From Ginglymostoma cirratum (Eukaryota): a stretch of DNA of 64,000 bases. Position 1 is the first letter of the stretch. Each line of letters starts with the position of its first letter. The position numbers and the translations under genes were made by a program. The stretch spans positions 41,690,442-41,754,441 of the forward strand of contig JAHRHZ010000021.1 of NCBI GenBank assembly GCA_024137785.1. Reading direction: 5' to 3'. Of the stretch, positions 1-13,046 are shown piece after piece. The notes under the pieces were generated by a model. That model searched no databases. It saw nothing but the letters and a program-made list of their open reading frames with translations, and was not told the DNA's origin.

Positions 1-122
1 ATTCAAACAGTACTTTTAGGTAAGACATAAAATGCAAGGAGAATACAACTTAGCTTTTTTCCCTCTAAATTGTTTCAAATACAAAATTCAAGTGCAATTA
101 AATTCCAAATATTACTTACATC

Positions 123-136
123 TTTATTTCTTTATT
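123..136 (-). terminator. Candidate tandem polyadenylation signals (2x AATAAA) for SCUBE1
   Basis: Plus strand tttatt at 123-128 and 131-136 gives two AATAAA on minus, about 490 nt after the stop, followed by U/GU-rich sequence. Confidence 0.5.
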
Positions 137-621
137 GCTATTGCATCACTTTGATACTTTTGCAGGTAGTTGCCAATTTCTGCAATTTTCCAACATACTG
201 AAAAGAATGTTTTTGTTCTACAGGATTACCTTTCTTTCCTGTAGAAGAGACTGAAAATGAAAATACTTTTAATAGAGGTCATTTTCTATTAGAATCACCT
301 GTTCTTTGAACATATAAGAAGGGGCAGAAAGCAATTTGCAGTGCACAAATTTACAGCCAAAGTTAAATGCATGTGTAACTTCCTAAATTCTTTCTGCTTT
401 CAGAGGATTATCATCAACTCAGAGCAGGATAACTGCTTTTACATCATTATATCATTTGAGGATAGGTTCTTCACTGAGGAAGAATGGAAAAACGTTTAAA
501 GTAAAACTGAAGACTATTAAACAGATTTTTTTTTGAGGAGAAAACATGACACCAGTGTTGAAGGGAGGGATGCCTCTTCATTCAGAATGCAGTAAAACAG
601 CATTTTAAAACATCACCAAAA

Positions 622-774
<153 letters not shown>

Positions 775-810
775 CTATATTAAAAAAGACAATTAAGAAC
801 ATTTTCATTA

Positions 811-990
<180 letters not shown>

Positions 991-1386
991 CTACTTCAGT
1001 TTGGATACATAAATTTTCAACAGTTAACTCAGAAGCATAATTAATGAAGAAAGAAAGTTTTAAAAAGAACTATAACATTGCATTGTTCATATTTTTTTTA
1101 CCAACGGTCTTTGATTCAATATTGTTGTGAAGCTGGCTGACATTAGCTAACTCATCAGAGACAGCAATTGAACAAAGGATCATATTTGTCTGTGTAACTC
1201 AAAGATACTGGAAAAAATCCAATGATAGAACCTTTCTTTTTGTGCCCACAAGAATTAGATAAAAATTATCGTGCAAGATGTATAAATTACATATCCATTC
1301 AAGGTAAAAATCATCAGAGTAGATACTAGTCATGTGATCATAGTTATCTTTCATCTTGAACGTTATTTCATGAGAACATATCCCTC

Positions 1387-1478
1387 AGGCACTACAGTGG
1401 CTACGTGGTTAGCACTGCTGCCTCACAGCGCCAGGTTCAATTCCAGCTTGGAGTGTGAGTTTGCATGTATGTCATCTC
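1387..1478 (+). mobile_element. HE1-like tRNA-derived SINE, 5' fragment
   Basis: gtggttagcactgctgcctcacagcgccaggttcaattcc (A/B-box-like head typical of the elasmobranch HE1 SINE), followed by gtgtgagtttgca. Confidence 0.7.
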
Positions 1479-1491
1479 CATATTTCCTTAC

Positions 1492-1644
1492 CATCATAGG
1501 TAACGTATGGAACTTGAAATCCTTTGGCACTGTTGCCCTCATTAGCTTTGAATTGAATCCACAGCTTTCGAGATCTTGAAGTAAATGCTATTGGTCGCTC
1601 GTAGGTCTGGCATGTTTCATATGTTGTGATCGATGTTGGTGACG
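1492..1644 (-). CDS. SCUBE1: SCUBE1 coding exon, CUB domain C-half
   Basis: ttgcag|CG..., (S)[50 protein letters not shown], donor G|gtaagg; 153 nt. Confidence 0.96.
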
Positions 1645-3799
1645 CTGCAAACAACACAGTAAATAATACAATATAAAATAAGAACCTTTCAAAGACTTGA
1701 CTGGTTTCAGTGCATATATTGCTTATTTTAAGCCATGAGGTTCAGAATTCCATCTGGCATGCACCAAGGACACAGATCAATAAGCTGCCAATTTATGAGC
1801 CTCCATCCATCAAAATTATGTCATATCGACTCTGGTATTACAACGGTTTCAAACCCCAGCAATCCCTTCCTCTGAAGTTGCAAATGTTTAATATTGATTG
1901 GGTATCGAGGAGCAAGGGGTGCATTGTCCAACAGCTCAGAGTGAGGAAGATGTGGACATGGTCAGAATTTGTCAGGTAGGCAGTGTGGAAGGAAGGGGAT
2001 GACATCTTATGGAGTATGCTACCACAAACAACATGTACCCACTTCTTTCCAGCCTTTACCTGTGAAAAACCGCCTACCCACACTTGCCCGACTGACTGCC
2101 CTTGCTGTGGTATGGAGTGAGCAGCACATTTAATCAGGTTGATAGAATTACCAAGTCTAATTGACTTTTCTTTATTTACATTTGGCAAACTCGCTGCCCA
2201 CCCACCTAACATATTATAGGGCTGAAGGCACAGGGTGTAATACCCCACCCAGGTTCAAGGGCTGACCTTTCAGATGGGTAGAACTACCTAACTTATTTTA
2301 CATTCTAACATTTTTGGAAAAGAATCTTTTTCTGCAATAAATCTCATGATATTCTTGTGTTATGAGTACTTACGATACCACCTTCTGTGTTTGGGAGTAC
2401 AGATTGAAATTTAAACTTTTGCTTAATCTTTTAAGCTTTTACCTTGTAGCAGATACAGAACGATCATGGCAGTAATATATATAACCTGTGTCTTACGGCT
2501 TAAACACTATTGTGCAAAAGACTTTGGATATAAATTCTGGTCCAAATTTATTCACATTGAGGAGAATGGCTAGAAACTTTGAGCAAGTTAATGCTTTAAT
2601 ATTCAAACTTACATGAGATACTAGGATGAAGCTTTCATGGAGTATATCAATGAGTAGAACATTGAATCAAAACAGAAAATAATTGTAATACTCAACAGGT
2701 CAGACACCTCAGTGAAGACAGGAACAGACTGGTTTGGTGGAATATTCTTACAGCATTGGGGATCTGACCTGCCAGACAGAGACACAGTGAGACACCCACT
2801 TTGCCTCTTTCCAGGAAAACCCACCAGTGCCAATCAAGGCAACGTTGGGGTTACTGCAGGTCTTCCTCTGGAATGAGGACCTCTCGGGCAGAGATCTCAC
2901 CCAGCCAGTGCTATTGCCAATAAGAGACCAGCAGCTCCTGTGCTCAGCAGCAAGATGGCTGCTGCCAAAAGGACATTCCCTTTCCCCTAACCCATCCCCA
3001 TGGATTTCCAGGATTGCTGAGGGGTCAGGCCACTGGTAAGTAATATGGGAGGGAGGTGTTCACTGAGTGGGATTATAGGGCAGATCAGAAACAAGAACAA
3101 GGGTTGGCTGTCGCCTCCCTGATGGCCATTCTCATGATCAGGCAGTGATTACCTTTGATGAAAGGATCCCACCTACACCCGTCCGTCCCAGTGCCCACTG
3201 AGGGGAAAGTAATACACCTGTCTCAGCTGTTGCACATGTCTCATTGAGGCATGGCCAAGATGCCACTGGGTTAATCCCAGTGATAGCAGCATGAGGTCCT
3301 TGTGGTGACTAATTAGTGACTTAAGGGCCACAATTTGCAATGCAAGAAGGTCAACAATGGACATTCCTGCCCAGAAATTAATTGTGGTGTGACAGTAGGT
3401 TAGCAGGTTTCAGATACACATCTCCCACCGTCCCACACTGGTAATGAACACATCATATCTGGGAGTGGACCTCTTAGTTTAAATCATCCTACACTCGTTC
3501 TTTCTCAATATTGAGATGATGTGACACTTTTATTTCTTCTCTGCTTTATGTTTATGAAAGGAAAATGGTCAGTAAAAGGAGGAAGGATACACAGACGTGA
3601 ATAAATGCAGAAACTAGGAATAAAAGGAAACAAACCAAAGTTAACAGAACAAAGACATGACGTGAAAGGAAGACAGCAAAAAAATTGAAGTGTATCAGAC
3701 AATGTATGTATCAAAATATCCATAATAACGTAAGTACTTAGTACACTATAAATCTGGGGGCACAATACTAGTGAATAAATGGAGTATGTGGTTACTTAC

Positions 3800-3997
3800 A
3801 ACTCTTCCTCATCACTAAAACATCTCCACACTCATCCTCCATTGGTAAGAAAATCTCCGGCACTACAATCAGTATTCTCCTCTTCGGTGGTGGATTTATA
3901 TTCCAAATACACTCCACATTAGAAGGATAGTCTCCAGGATAGTTGGGAGATTCAATGAATCCTGTGTACTCTCCAAGGTCGCCACCGCATTGCTGAT
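3800..3997 (-). CDS. SCUBE1: SCUBE1 coding exon, CUB domain N-half
   Basis: ctgaag|AT..., (N)[65 protein letters not shown], donor T|gtaagt; 198 nt. Confidence 0.95.
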
Positions 3998-4149
3998 CTT
4001 CAGATAAAAGTTCCAAAACAATACATACATCATTTAAAATCACCTTTGTGAAATATTCCAAGTGTCAATCATTTGACTCAAACTTGAATCATCTTTTGAA
4101 AACTGAGGTAGTATTAACTCCTGTTCACACCCAAGCTCACTTTCCCATA

Positions 4150-4305
4150 TGATCACAAGAGATGTAATACTTGCCCTTTTACATCTTCCCTTCTAATTAG
4201 GCATACAGCCTTTCAGTTAGATCAATAATTTGCTACTCCCTCTTTGGGTTTGACATGTTGCATTCAAAGTGTCAATGCGGTCTCCTCTTATACTGGGGAC
4301 ACTGG
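4150..4305 (+). mobile_element. Penelope-like element GIY-YIG endonuclease fragment (decayed)
   Basis: agatgtaatacttgcccttttac (RCNTCPF) ... tgcggtctcctcttatactggggacac (CGLL.Y.G.T with frameshift), resembling the PLE CxxC...C.QCGLLYIGET motif. Confidence 0.55.
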
Positions 4306-4667
4306 ATATATATCAGGTAATCATCTCCAAACTGTCCATGAGCTTGACCCTACAGCCAGGATTTAACATGGGACAATAGCGCCAGCACTAGCTGGGAGGT
4401 CAAAAGGGAAATTATGCACGTCTCGGGAATGAGTTGCCTGAGGTTGTGGCTTCCGTCCCTCTGAGACACAATGTGCTACCTCCAAGAGTTAGTGGCCAAT
4501 CAGAGAGCTCGCAGATCTTCTGTCCAGCTGTGTAACTGTGCTCAGTACCTTGAGACTGTGGTCAGTCCCAGACATGTGGTTTCATTGGATGTTAGGGTAC
4601 AAGGTGAGTGGCGTGGCCTCATTGATGCCAGTCAGACAGCTCCCTCACCCCAGGCTGGCACTGTGAA

Positions 4668-4894
4668 AACCAACAGAAATGCAGATGTTGTACATCAGGA
4701 ACAAAAACAGAAGTTGCTGGAAAAGCTCAGCAGGTCTGGCAGCAACTGTGAAAGAAAGATCAGAGTTAACGTTTCGGGTCCGGTGACCCTTCCTCACAGT
4801 TCTGAGGAAGGATTACCGGACCCAAAACGTTTGTTTTTCTTCACAAAAGCTGCCAGACCTGCTGAGCTTTTCCAGCAACTTCTGTTTTTGTTCC
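4668..4894. mobile_element. Palindromic non-autonomous element (Penelope pLTR-derived) with degenerate hammerhead motif
   Basis: Perfect 46-bp inverted arms 4698-4743 / 4849-4894; centre gtttcgggtccggtgacccttcctca...ctgaggaagg; flanking direct repeat ggcactgtgaa (4657-4667) / ggcagtgtgaa (4895-4905). Confidence 0.8.
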
Positions 4895-5799
4895 GGCAGT
4901 GTGAAGCTTGGAGGTAGCAATCTGGAGGGGACGGGGAAATGGTGAGCTTCGGGGGGTACAGGCTGATCCAGCAGGAAAGACCCACATCGGAGGATTCCCA
5001 AACACTGCAGTCAAGCCACCAAGCTATTATACACTCAGTAACGGAAAGCGACCATAAAATGCCTTGTACTTTACGACTGCCAGGGTGGCGTCAGAATCAA
5101 TTTGAGACAACGCTATCCATCTGCAAGTGAGTTAACTCGGAACCATGAAGCACTCCGTGACAGCATAAAAGGGCGACTGGATCAATAGCAAAAGGATTCA
5201 ATCAGTTGGTCTGGATAGCTCAGCGCAGATTGATTCAAAAGTCAGCTTAGAAAAAGGCTGAAAAAGCCATTGCAGCTATTTGAGGCATCCAGAAAGTAGA
5301 CATCCTTTAAAACTGATTTGTTTCCCCCCAGTATTGCGTAGTATTAGACATCACATAACTGCTATTAAAACAATTACCATCTTTCGCCCAACAGAAACAA
5401 TTTCTAATAAACAAGGACAAAAGGAAGGTAACAATAAAAACCATCAAGGCCCTGCTGTTCCATGAGGTGATGACAAAAAAATTGTCAGGCACTGTATTTA
5501 CCCCATTATCAAGGCAGTGTTTATGAACATGAAGATTTAACTCCCAAACAGGAATGAAAACTTTTTAGATGAAGGTCAAGATGGCAAGGGGCAAATGGTT
5601 AGCCTGATGTTGTGGGTAGTTGTCCTGTGTCCATTGGCTAGAAGGATTCAAACGGGTGATTGATGCAGTGTGAACAATCAGCCTCTAGAACCACGGTCTA
5701 GCATCAAGTGTTCATCTTCACAGGGCTGTCCTTGTCAGGCAACTGTTATCTTCTGATAGCAGATGGATCGAGAGGCAAGGAAAGTGATTAGAGAAGTCC

Positions 5800-7025
5800 A
5801 TCAGCTGTACATAAGGATGCTGTCCTCACCATGTCAAACTGTTACAGATCGTATACATTTCTGGCTAATTAAGTAGCATTGTCATTGAAACTGTTCAGTA
5901 ACAATGTTATCAAGCAGCACTTGCTCAGGAATAAGCTGCTCAATGATGCTCATAATGGGATCTTCCAGGGCCACTCAGCTCCTGACATCATTACAATCTT
6001 CATCTACACATGGGCAAAAGAGCTAAAGAGCCAAAGATGAGATGAGAATGACTGTCCTTGGCATCACGGGAGGATTTGACTAAATATGGCATCAAGAAAG
6101 TCTACTAAATTGGAGTCAGAGGGAGAACTCTCCGCTGGTCGAGTCGCATCTAGAACAAAGGAAGACAGTTGTGGTTGTCGGAGGTCAGTCATTTCAGACA
6201 TGCTTGCAGGAGCTCCTCAAGGTGGTGTCCTAGGCCCAATCATCTTTAGCTGCTTCAATGCCCTTTCCTCAATCATTAGGTCAGAGTAGGGATGTTCACT
6301 GATAACTGAACAGTGTTCAACATCATTTGTCACCCCTCATTTACTGAAGCAAACACAAAGTAAGACAGTATCGCCCACTATCAACATACTGGTGGTCTTA
6401 CCATTGACTAGAAACTGAACAGAACCTGTTGTAAAAGTACTGTGACCACAAGAGCAGGTCAGAGATTAGGAATTCTACAGTGAGTAACACTCTCTCTGAT
6501 GCCCTGAAACCTAGCCACCAAGTGCCAGGCACAAGTGATAGATACTTTCCAACTGCCTAAAGTGCACTGGTTTGTTGTGCAATTCCAATGTCATGCAAGA
6601 AGCTCAAAAAAATGTAGGTTAAAGCTTCACATTTGATGACCATCCCATCCACCACCCTCAAAAAAAAATCACCCCCTTCACAACTGATGCACTGGAAACA
6701 GCATGTTCCATCCACAAGATGTGCTACAGCAACTCACCCTGGCTCCTTTGAAAATACCTCCAAACCCATGAAGGAAAAGGGCAGAAGGTGCACAGGAACA
6801 CTATCTGCGAGTTTCCCTCCAAGCCACAGACCATCCTGACTTGGGAATATATCATGATTCCTTCACTGTTAGTGTGCTCCCTTCTTAACAGCATTGTGGG
6901 TGTACCTTTAGCAGCAAATCAAGGTGGCAGGTCACTACCAGCTTCTCTAAGGGCAATGAGGGAGAGGCAATAAACACTGGCCCAGCCAGTGAGACCCTCT
7001 TACTGTGAACAGATTAAAAAAAAAC
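5800..7025 (+). mobile_element. Decayed CR1/L2-group LINE (RT region through 3' tail)
   Basis: GAPQGGVLGPIIFSCF (RT PQGSVLGP motif) in ORF 6086..6289, gatgttcactgataact (decayed FADD), 3' tail gggcaatgagggagaggcaataaacactggcccagccag then A-run. Confidence 0.8.
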
Positions 7026-8035
7026 AACCTATGCTGGGGAAGCAAGCTCGAATAACTCTTCCATGCAATCATTTATCCAAGTTTCTATTCCTAAAAGATG
7101 AGCTAGTGGACAAACTGGGGTGCATGAGAGCAATACATGACTGACGTGCAGGGATAGGATAATCACATTTGATGATAGAAGAAAAAGTTGGATGTTCTAC
7201 ATTCAACAGGTGGAAACTGGTTTCCAGCTCAATTAATTAAGGCTTGTCAATAACAGAGGTCCGATATGAAGTGGGGACACCGAATAATGGGTAAAGTGAT
7301 ATTATGTAGAATTCAGTGCAGCTCAGGGAGATGTAAAATTATGCAACACCCAGCAGTTTCACCGCAAACAGAACAGTGCTTAAAAGAGAGATCTGAGCAC
7401 AGCATTGTGGAAGATCATGTTTAAGATTGTTGTTGCAGTGGTAAGAAAGAAAGTAATATACCTACAAATCTAAAGCCTTTTGATAACAGTCAGAGGTTAC
7501 AAAGAAATTTCACTGTGAGCAGATCAGGTTGCTGTAGCAAACCACCTTAATGTTTCAGAGACTTTCATACATGAAGCTATAATATCACGATGCAAAACAT
7601 TTACTACAGTATAAATAGTGTTACAACATTTATTATTATAATTGTGTATCTTTAGAAAAAAGTCAAAGGAAACAGAACATATTCTGTTGTGTGGAAGGGA
7701 AACCTAGGGAGTCTTCTGTGGTTCTACAGAATCACCGGTAATAGTGAGCAGGCAGCCTCTCTACATCTTGTCCAACTATCTTTTCCATTAATGTCAATGC
7801 GCTGCAATATGGTCATGACTGATTTCAAGCAAGACAATAGACTCCTAGTTACAATTTCATTCTAAAGTGAAAAAAAATTGACTTTCTAAAAACACGATGT
7901 TGCTTCTGAGAATTGCTCCCGATCTTCCAGTCTTTGACGCCTAACTTTTGCAAGATCTGCTGTTTATTGCAAAGAACCAAAATTTTAAACACAAACCAGA
8001 GAATTCTGTTCTTGAATACATTGGCGATTACTTAC

Positions 8036-8197
8036 TTTTACATTGAGTGACATTTGTGGAGCCATCAAAATCTGTAGTTGTATTTCCAGGACAGGTAATA
8101 CAGTAGTTTTGGCCAAACTCAGGCTGATAAGTTGCAACTGGACATCTTATGCATCTGTGTGTGGTGGAGTTGTAATAGTGACCAGGAGAACAATGAA
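8036..8197 (-). CDS. SCUBE1: SCUBE1 coding exon, Cys-rich repeat
   Basis: cacag|TT..., (V)[53 protein letters not shown], donor A|gtaagt; 162 nt. Confidence 0.96.
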
Positions 8198-8589
8198 CTG
8201 TGGAAAGGTTTATGAACAGTAAAACTATTTTCTCAAAGCAATGAATGATACATGCTGACAAAAACGTCTATACAAAACAAAACATAACACCACAATATTT
8301 TTAAGGGATGAGAAAGGTCACTATTTGAACCAGGAAGTAATTCGGCTGCCAATAAAGACTTTCTGTTGTGATATTATATAACATGTGAACATGATAATGA
8401 TTTCTAGAATTCAAAAATAGAATGGATAAAATTGATGTCAGAGTGCCAATATCAGACAGTATCCTTGATTGAGAGATCAAAACTACCATATACAATATAA
8501 GTCGCATTTATTTAACACTTTTTAATGTGAAAAATAACATCTGCCAGATGTGAGGAAAATTGAAGGTCAAGACTCCTGTCTTTATAAGA

Positions 8590-9220
8590 CAGGATTCTGC
8601 CCAGGAATAAGGAAGAAATCTTGGACAGATTGGTGACAGAATGTTGAAAAGGCACTGGGACCAGCTGAAACACATTCAAGGGATTTTGAAGAAAGTGAGA
8701 ACGAAAATTGCGGGGGTTCTGGCCATAATCTTTCAGTCTTCTCTGGACTTGGGGAAGGTGCCCGAAGACTGGAGAATTTCAAATATCACTACCTTGTACA
8801 AGAAAGGTTTTAAGGATAATTTCAGCAATTACCAGCTAGTTTAACTTCAGTGGTAGGAAGAAATTGAGAAACAATTATTTGGGATAGAATTAGTAATCAC
8901 TTGGAAAAAGACAGGTTCATTAGGAACAGTCAGCATGGATTTCAAAAGGGAAAGACTGTTTAACTAACTTGCTGGAATTTTTTTGAAGAGGTAACAGAAA
9001 CCATTGAGGATGGCAACGCTGTTGCTGTGGTATACTTGGTTTTCCAGATGGCACCTGATGCATTACCACAACAACAGACCTGTGAGAAAAGGTACAGGTC
9101 ACAGTACAAAAGTGACAGTAGCAATGTGGCTCACTAACAAGAAGCAGGGAGTAATGGTTTTCAGGCTGGAGGAAGGGTCATAGTGAAGTTCTTCAGGCGT
9201 TATTATTGGGATTCTTATTA
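8590..9220 (+). mobile_element. CR1 (HER1-like) LINE ORF2 fragment
   Basis: LAIIFQSSLDLGKVPEDWRISNITTLYKKG...NYQLV, SQHGF.KGK.CLTNLLEFFEEVT. Confidence 0.9.
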
Positions 9221-9599
9221 AGGAGACTCAAAGTCGAGCTTTTTTAGAAGTTAGATACTAATAGCCAAAGTTTAAAAGCTCTTAAAATGTTTTCAGTGTA
9301 TAATTATTTTCATTTACTAAGAAATTAAGTGTTGGGATCCAATGCAAATTGTTCTGTACAGTTTTGAAAAGTAATTTTCAGATATTTAAAAATTGGGTTA
9401 CTCAGATGATGATGAATCATTTTGAAATAAACACATTTTCAGGCACATAATAAAATGGTGGTAGGTTACCACTCTTGGGTTTGGGATTTAATTTAGGTGC
9501 TCTAATGGATTTTTTAATGCAGCATTTTAAATACATTAATACCAATTATGCTGGTTCATAGATTATGTTATATTTGATGAAGTTTAAATGAGGAAACAA

Positions 9600-10460
9600 A
9601 CATAGAAACATCGAAAATTGGCGCAGCAGTAGGCCATCCAGCCCTTCGAGCCTGCTGCACCATTCAATATGATCATGGCTGATCATTTAACTAAGAACTC
9701 TGTTCCTGCTTTCTCCTCCTACCCTTTGATCCCTTTAGCACTGGGAACTATGCCTGACACCTTCTTGAAAGCACTCAATGTTTTGGCCTCAACAGTTTTC
9801 TGTGGTAGAGAATTTCACAGGCTCACCACACTCTGGATTAAATTTCTCCTCATCTCAGTCTGAAATGGCCTACCCTGTATCCTTAAACTGTGACTCTTGG
9901 TTCTAGAATCCCCAGTCATCAGGAACATCCCTCCTACATTTACCCTGCCTAGTCCTGTTAGAATTGTATAGGTTTCTATCTGATGCCCCCCTCATTCTTC
10001 TAAACTCCAGTGAATATAGTCCTAATTGATCCAGACTCTCTTCATACGTCAATCCTCTCATCCCAGGAGTCAGTCTGGTAAATCTTTGTTGCACTCCCTC
10101 AATAGCCAGAGTACAGGTAAAGGGACCAAAATGCACACAATACCGAAGGTGTGGTCTCACCAAGGCCCTAGATAAGATGTCCCTACTCCTGTACTTAAAT
10201 CCTCTTGCCATGAATACCAACATACCATTTCACTGCCTGCCCCATATCTGCATGCTTACTTTCAGTGACCCAGGCCTCGTTGCAACTCCCCCATTCTCAA
10301 TCTATCACCTTTCAGATAATAATCTGTTCCTGCTACCAAAGGGGATAGCCTCACATTTATCCACATTATATTTCATCCGCCATACAATTGCCCACTCACT
10401 CAACTCTTCCAAATCACACTGAAGCATCTCTGCACCTTCCTCACAGTTCACCCTTTCCCA
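9600..10460 (-). mobile_element. CR1 LINE 3' fragment
   Basis: ALVRPHLRYCV...LAIEGVQQRFTRLTPGMRGLTYEESLDQLGLYSLEFRRMRG; WRMKYNVDKCE; catagaaacatc tail. Confidence 0.9.
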
Positions 10461-10548
10461 TCTAGCCTTGAAGTATGAAGGCAACAAGAGGAGACTTTGC
10501 AGTCTTGCGCTGTTTTCATACCATGGGTGGAAAAAAGGCTGAATTTAC

Positions 10549-10716
10549 CTTTTGTTTCACAATCTTGAAATGAAACTGCTGCTTCATATTTTGTCATCAA
10601 TCCACCTCCACAGTGAAAACACTGAGTGCGACCTGGCTCTGGTTGGAAGGTGCCAAATGGACATGACCTACAGGGTCTGAATCCATCGGAGGAGAAATGT
10701 CCTCGAGAGCACTGGC
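10549..10716 (-). CDS. SCUBE1: SCUBE1 coding exon, Cys-rich repeat
   Basis: tttcag|GC..., (G)[55 protein letters not shown], donor G|gtaaat; 168 nt. Confidence 0.94.
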
Positions 10717-11529
10717 CTGAAACAAATTATGAACAATTACAAACCATTATTTGTAGTAGTAAATTTAGAATTAAAAAAATGAAGGGTGGAATTGTTTGGT
10801 ACTGCCTATGGTTCTGTTTCTGGAATTGGATATGGTACAGCTATTTTTTTGCCTGGCTAGGTTGTAGCAGTAATGAAGCTGAAGGGACAATAGTAAACAG
10901 CAAACTGGTACAGCAATGGCAGAGGCTAGAAATGTGGTGGCTCCCTGGTTTTAATGATGTTTCCCTTATAGGATTACCTCCAGCCTGCTCAGGCAAGGCA
11001 GGACGCCTGGGACAAGAGGAGGCCTGCTTCTCAGCCCAAGAAATCCTGGATGAAGATTGCAACTACGATGGGGATATCCCTGGAAATTTGGATGCATGGC
11101 GAAAGAGGGCGAATGACCTTATCCATCACAATAGGTGCACCACAACATGCTTGCCTTTGGGCTGACATATGGTGAGGTGCAAGGATTGTCCAATCAGAGA
11201 CGTGATTCCAACCCAATTCCTAGAAATTGAGCAGGCTGCTGGAGGTGGCAAGAATGGTAGTGTATAGATAAGTGGCCCCGTTCTACTTCAGGTGACCAAC
11301 CCCCGCATGGCTGCTTCTGATGACTGCATCCAAATGTCATTCATGTCATCATGATGGAAATCAGGCAGGGTATAACATAGACATTGCACTTGTTTATGGT
11401 ACACGTACAAAGGTCAAATTCTACATTTTTACCAAAAGAATACCAGTCGACTGTCACACGAGTAATAATTTTGAGGAGTTGAAAAATCACACATTCTCAT
11501 CGTCTTGCTATTGCAAAATTACCAGGTGA

Positions 11530-12110
11530 ATTTAGCTGCCAAGCTTTCTCTCTCCTCAACTAAGTCATTGATGTAAAGTGTAAAATCTGAGGCCTCAGCC
11601 CAAACCCTTGAGGAACTCTGCTGTTACAGCCATCAGACAAACACTAATTTAGGCGTACTATCTCCTGCCAGCCAGCTAATTTTCTTTTATTCTGGGTAAT
11701 TTGTTACCCCCCTACAACAAGCTTTTATTTTCTGCCATTACCTTTGACATGGCATTTTAACAACTGCATTCTGGAAATCCAACTACAGTGCATGAACAGG
11801 ATCTGCTTTATCCTATGTTGCTCCTTTAAGTCTAAAAGTGCTGAGACATGATTCATCTTTCACAAAACCATTCTGACTCTCACCATTTACCTTGAGCTTT
11901 TCTAGGTGTGCAGCTATAATCACTTTAATAATCAGTTCTAAGACATTCCCACAGCAGACAACAGGCTAAGTGGCCCACAGTTTACAATTTTATGCCTTCT
12001 TTGTTGAATAAGGGGGTTATGACTGCCACTTTCCAGTCAGATGGAACCTCTCCCGAATCAAGAAATTTTTGAAAATTAGCACCAAAGCATCTACTGCCTA
12101 ATTTTATGTT
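11530..12110 (-). mobile_element. Old CR1 LINE RT fragment
   Basis: tttcacaaaaccattctgact (SQNGFVK on minus), gcattctggaaatcc (DFQNA), ccactttccagtcagatggaac (VPSDWKV). Confidence 0.7.
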
Positions 12111-13046
12111 GAACTTGGCTGTTTATCAGCTGATCCTTCTTGATGCCAAGTCTGTTCAATCTGGGGTCTTCCATCCTATTGGTGCAGGCTGGTCAGAGAG
12201 AGGCTTGCTGATTACACTGCCAGCTGAAGGCACTAAATCCTGCAGCCCCTCAGCCTGATTCTCCAGATCACTGCTAAAGCCGACATACTGGCTGGCTGTC
12301 TTTAACGTGACACCAATGACCAGCCTGATACAGCAACGAGCTGCAATTTGCGAGATCCCACACACATCTCCAGTGGATCAATGAAGTGATCCTGAAGCAC
12401 AGACATTCAGTGTCACCATGACCTTTAACATCATAGACATCTTCTCTGACGAGGCCTGTCATTGATCAGGATGGCTGATCTTTGGAGCCAAAATTGAAAT
12501 TCTGCTTGTCATTTTGTTATAACTGGCAAGGCTCTGGTGCCTCAGATCTTAACTACAAGACTGGGGAGTCAGTAAACTGTTGGAAATGTTAATTGCATTA
12601 CAAACAGTTTTAATTATTTTGTGAGATTGTGATGTCCTCCCATTACACCAGCCACCCTTCACAATAGATCAGATGTCTGTCCCAATATCTTTCCACCCAA
12701 TTTTCCAGCTTACCTCTACCTGAGTGGGAATATTTAAACCTGTGAAGTTCAGTGGAAGTTACAACTTGGTAACGGGAGCCCATGTAATGCATTAGGCCAA
12801 AAACCATCCTTTTTAGGATTTGGGTAAAAATCCAATTTACAAGAAGCTGTACAAGTCTCCTGAATAATAGCTAACAACGTAATTAAAATGGATTTGGATT
12901 CCCTGAAGAAACCATGTTACCCCAATAACAATCTCAAGTCAGTCTCACTCAGAGTTTTATCAAATCATCTTTAATTTGCACCTAGGTTCTTGATTTCTAC
13001 TGAAGGAACAGCAAAGTGCAATTACAAGCAAAAGACAGGAATTCAC

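Noticed and set aside
4471-4917. 148-aa ORF with mirrored KQKLLEKLSRSGS peptide on both strands
   Set aside because: The mirror arises from the palindromic element; it is not a protein.
7040-7560. Possible LTR-retrotransposon integrase remnant
   Set aside because: Only a vague motif resemblance; I could not reconstruct convincing collinear motifs.
10626-11165. 179-aa plus-strand ORF
   Set aside because: Antisense to a SCUBE1 exon and running into intronic repeat; no recognisable domain, non-ATG start.
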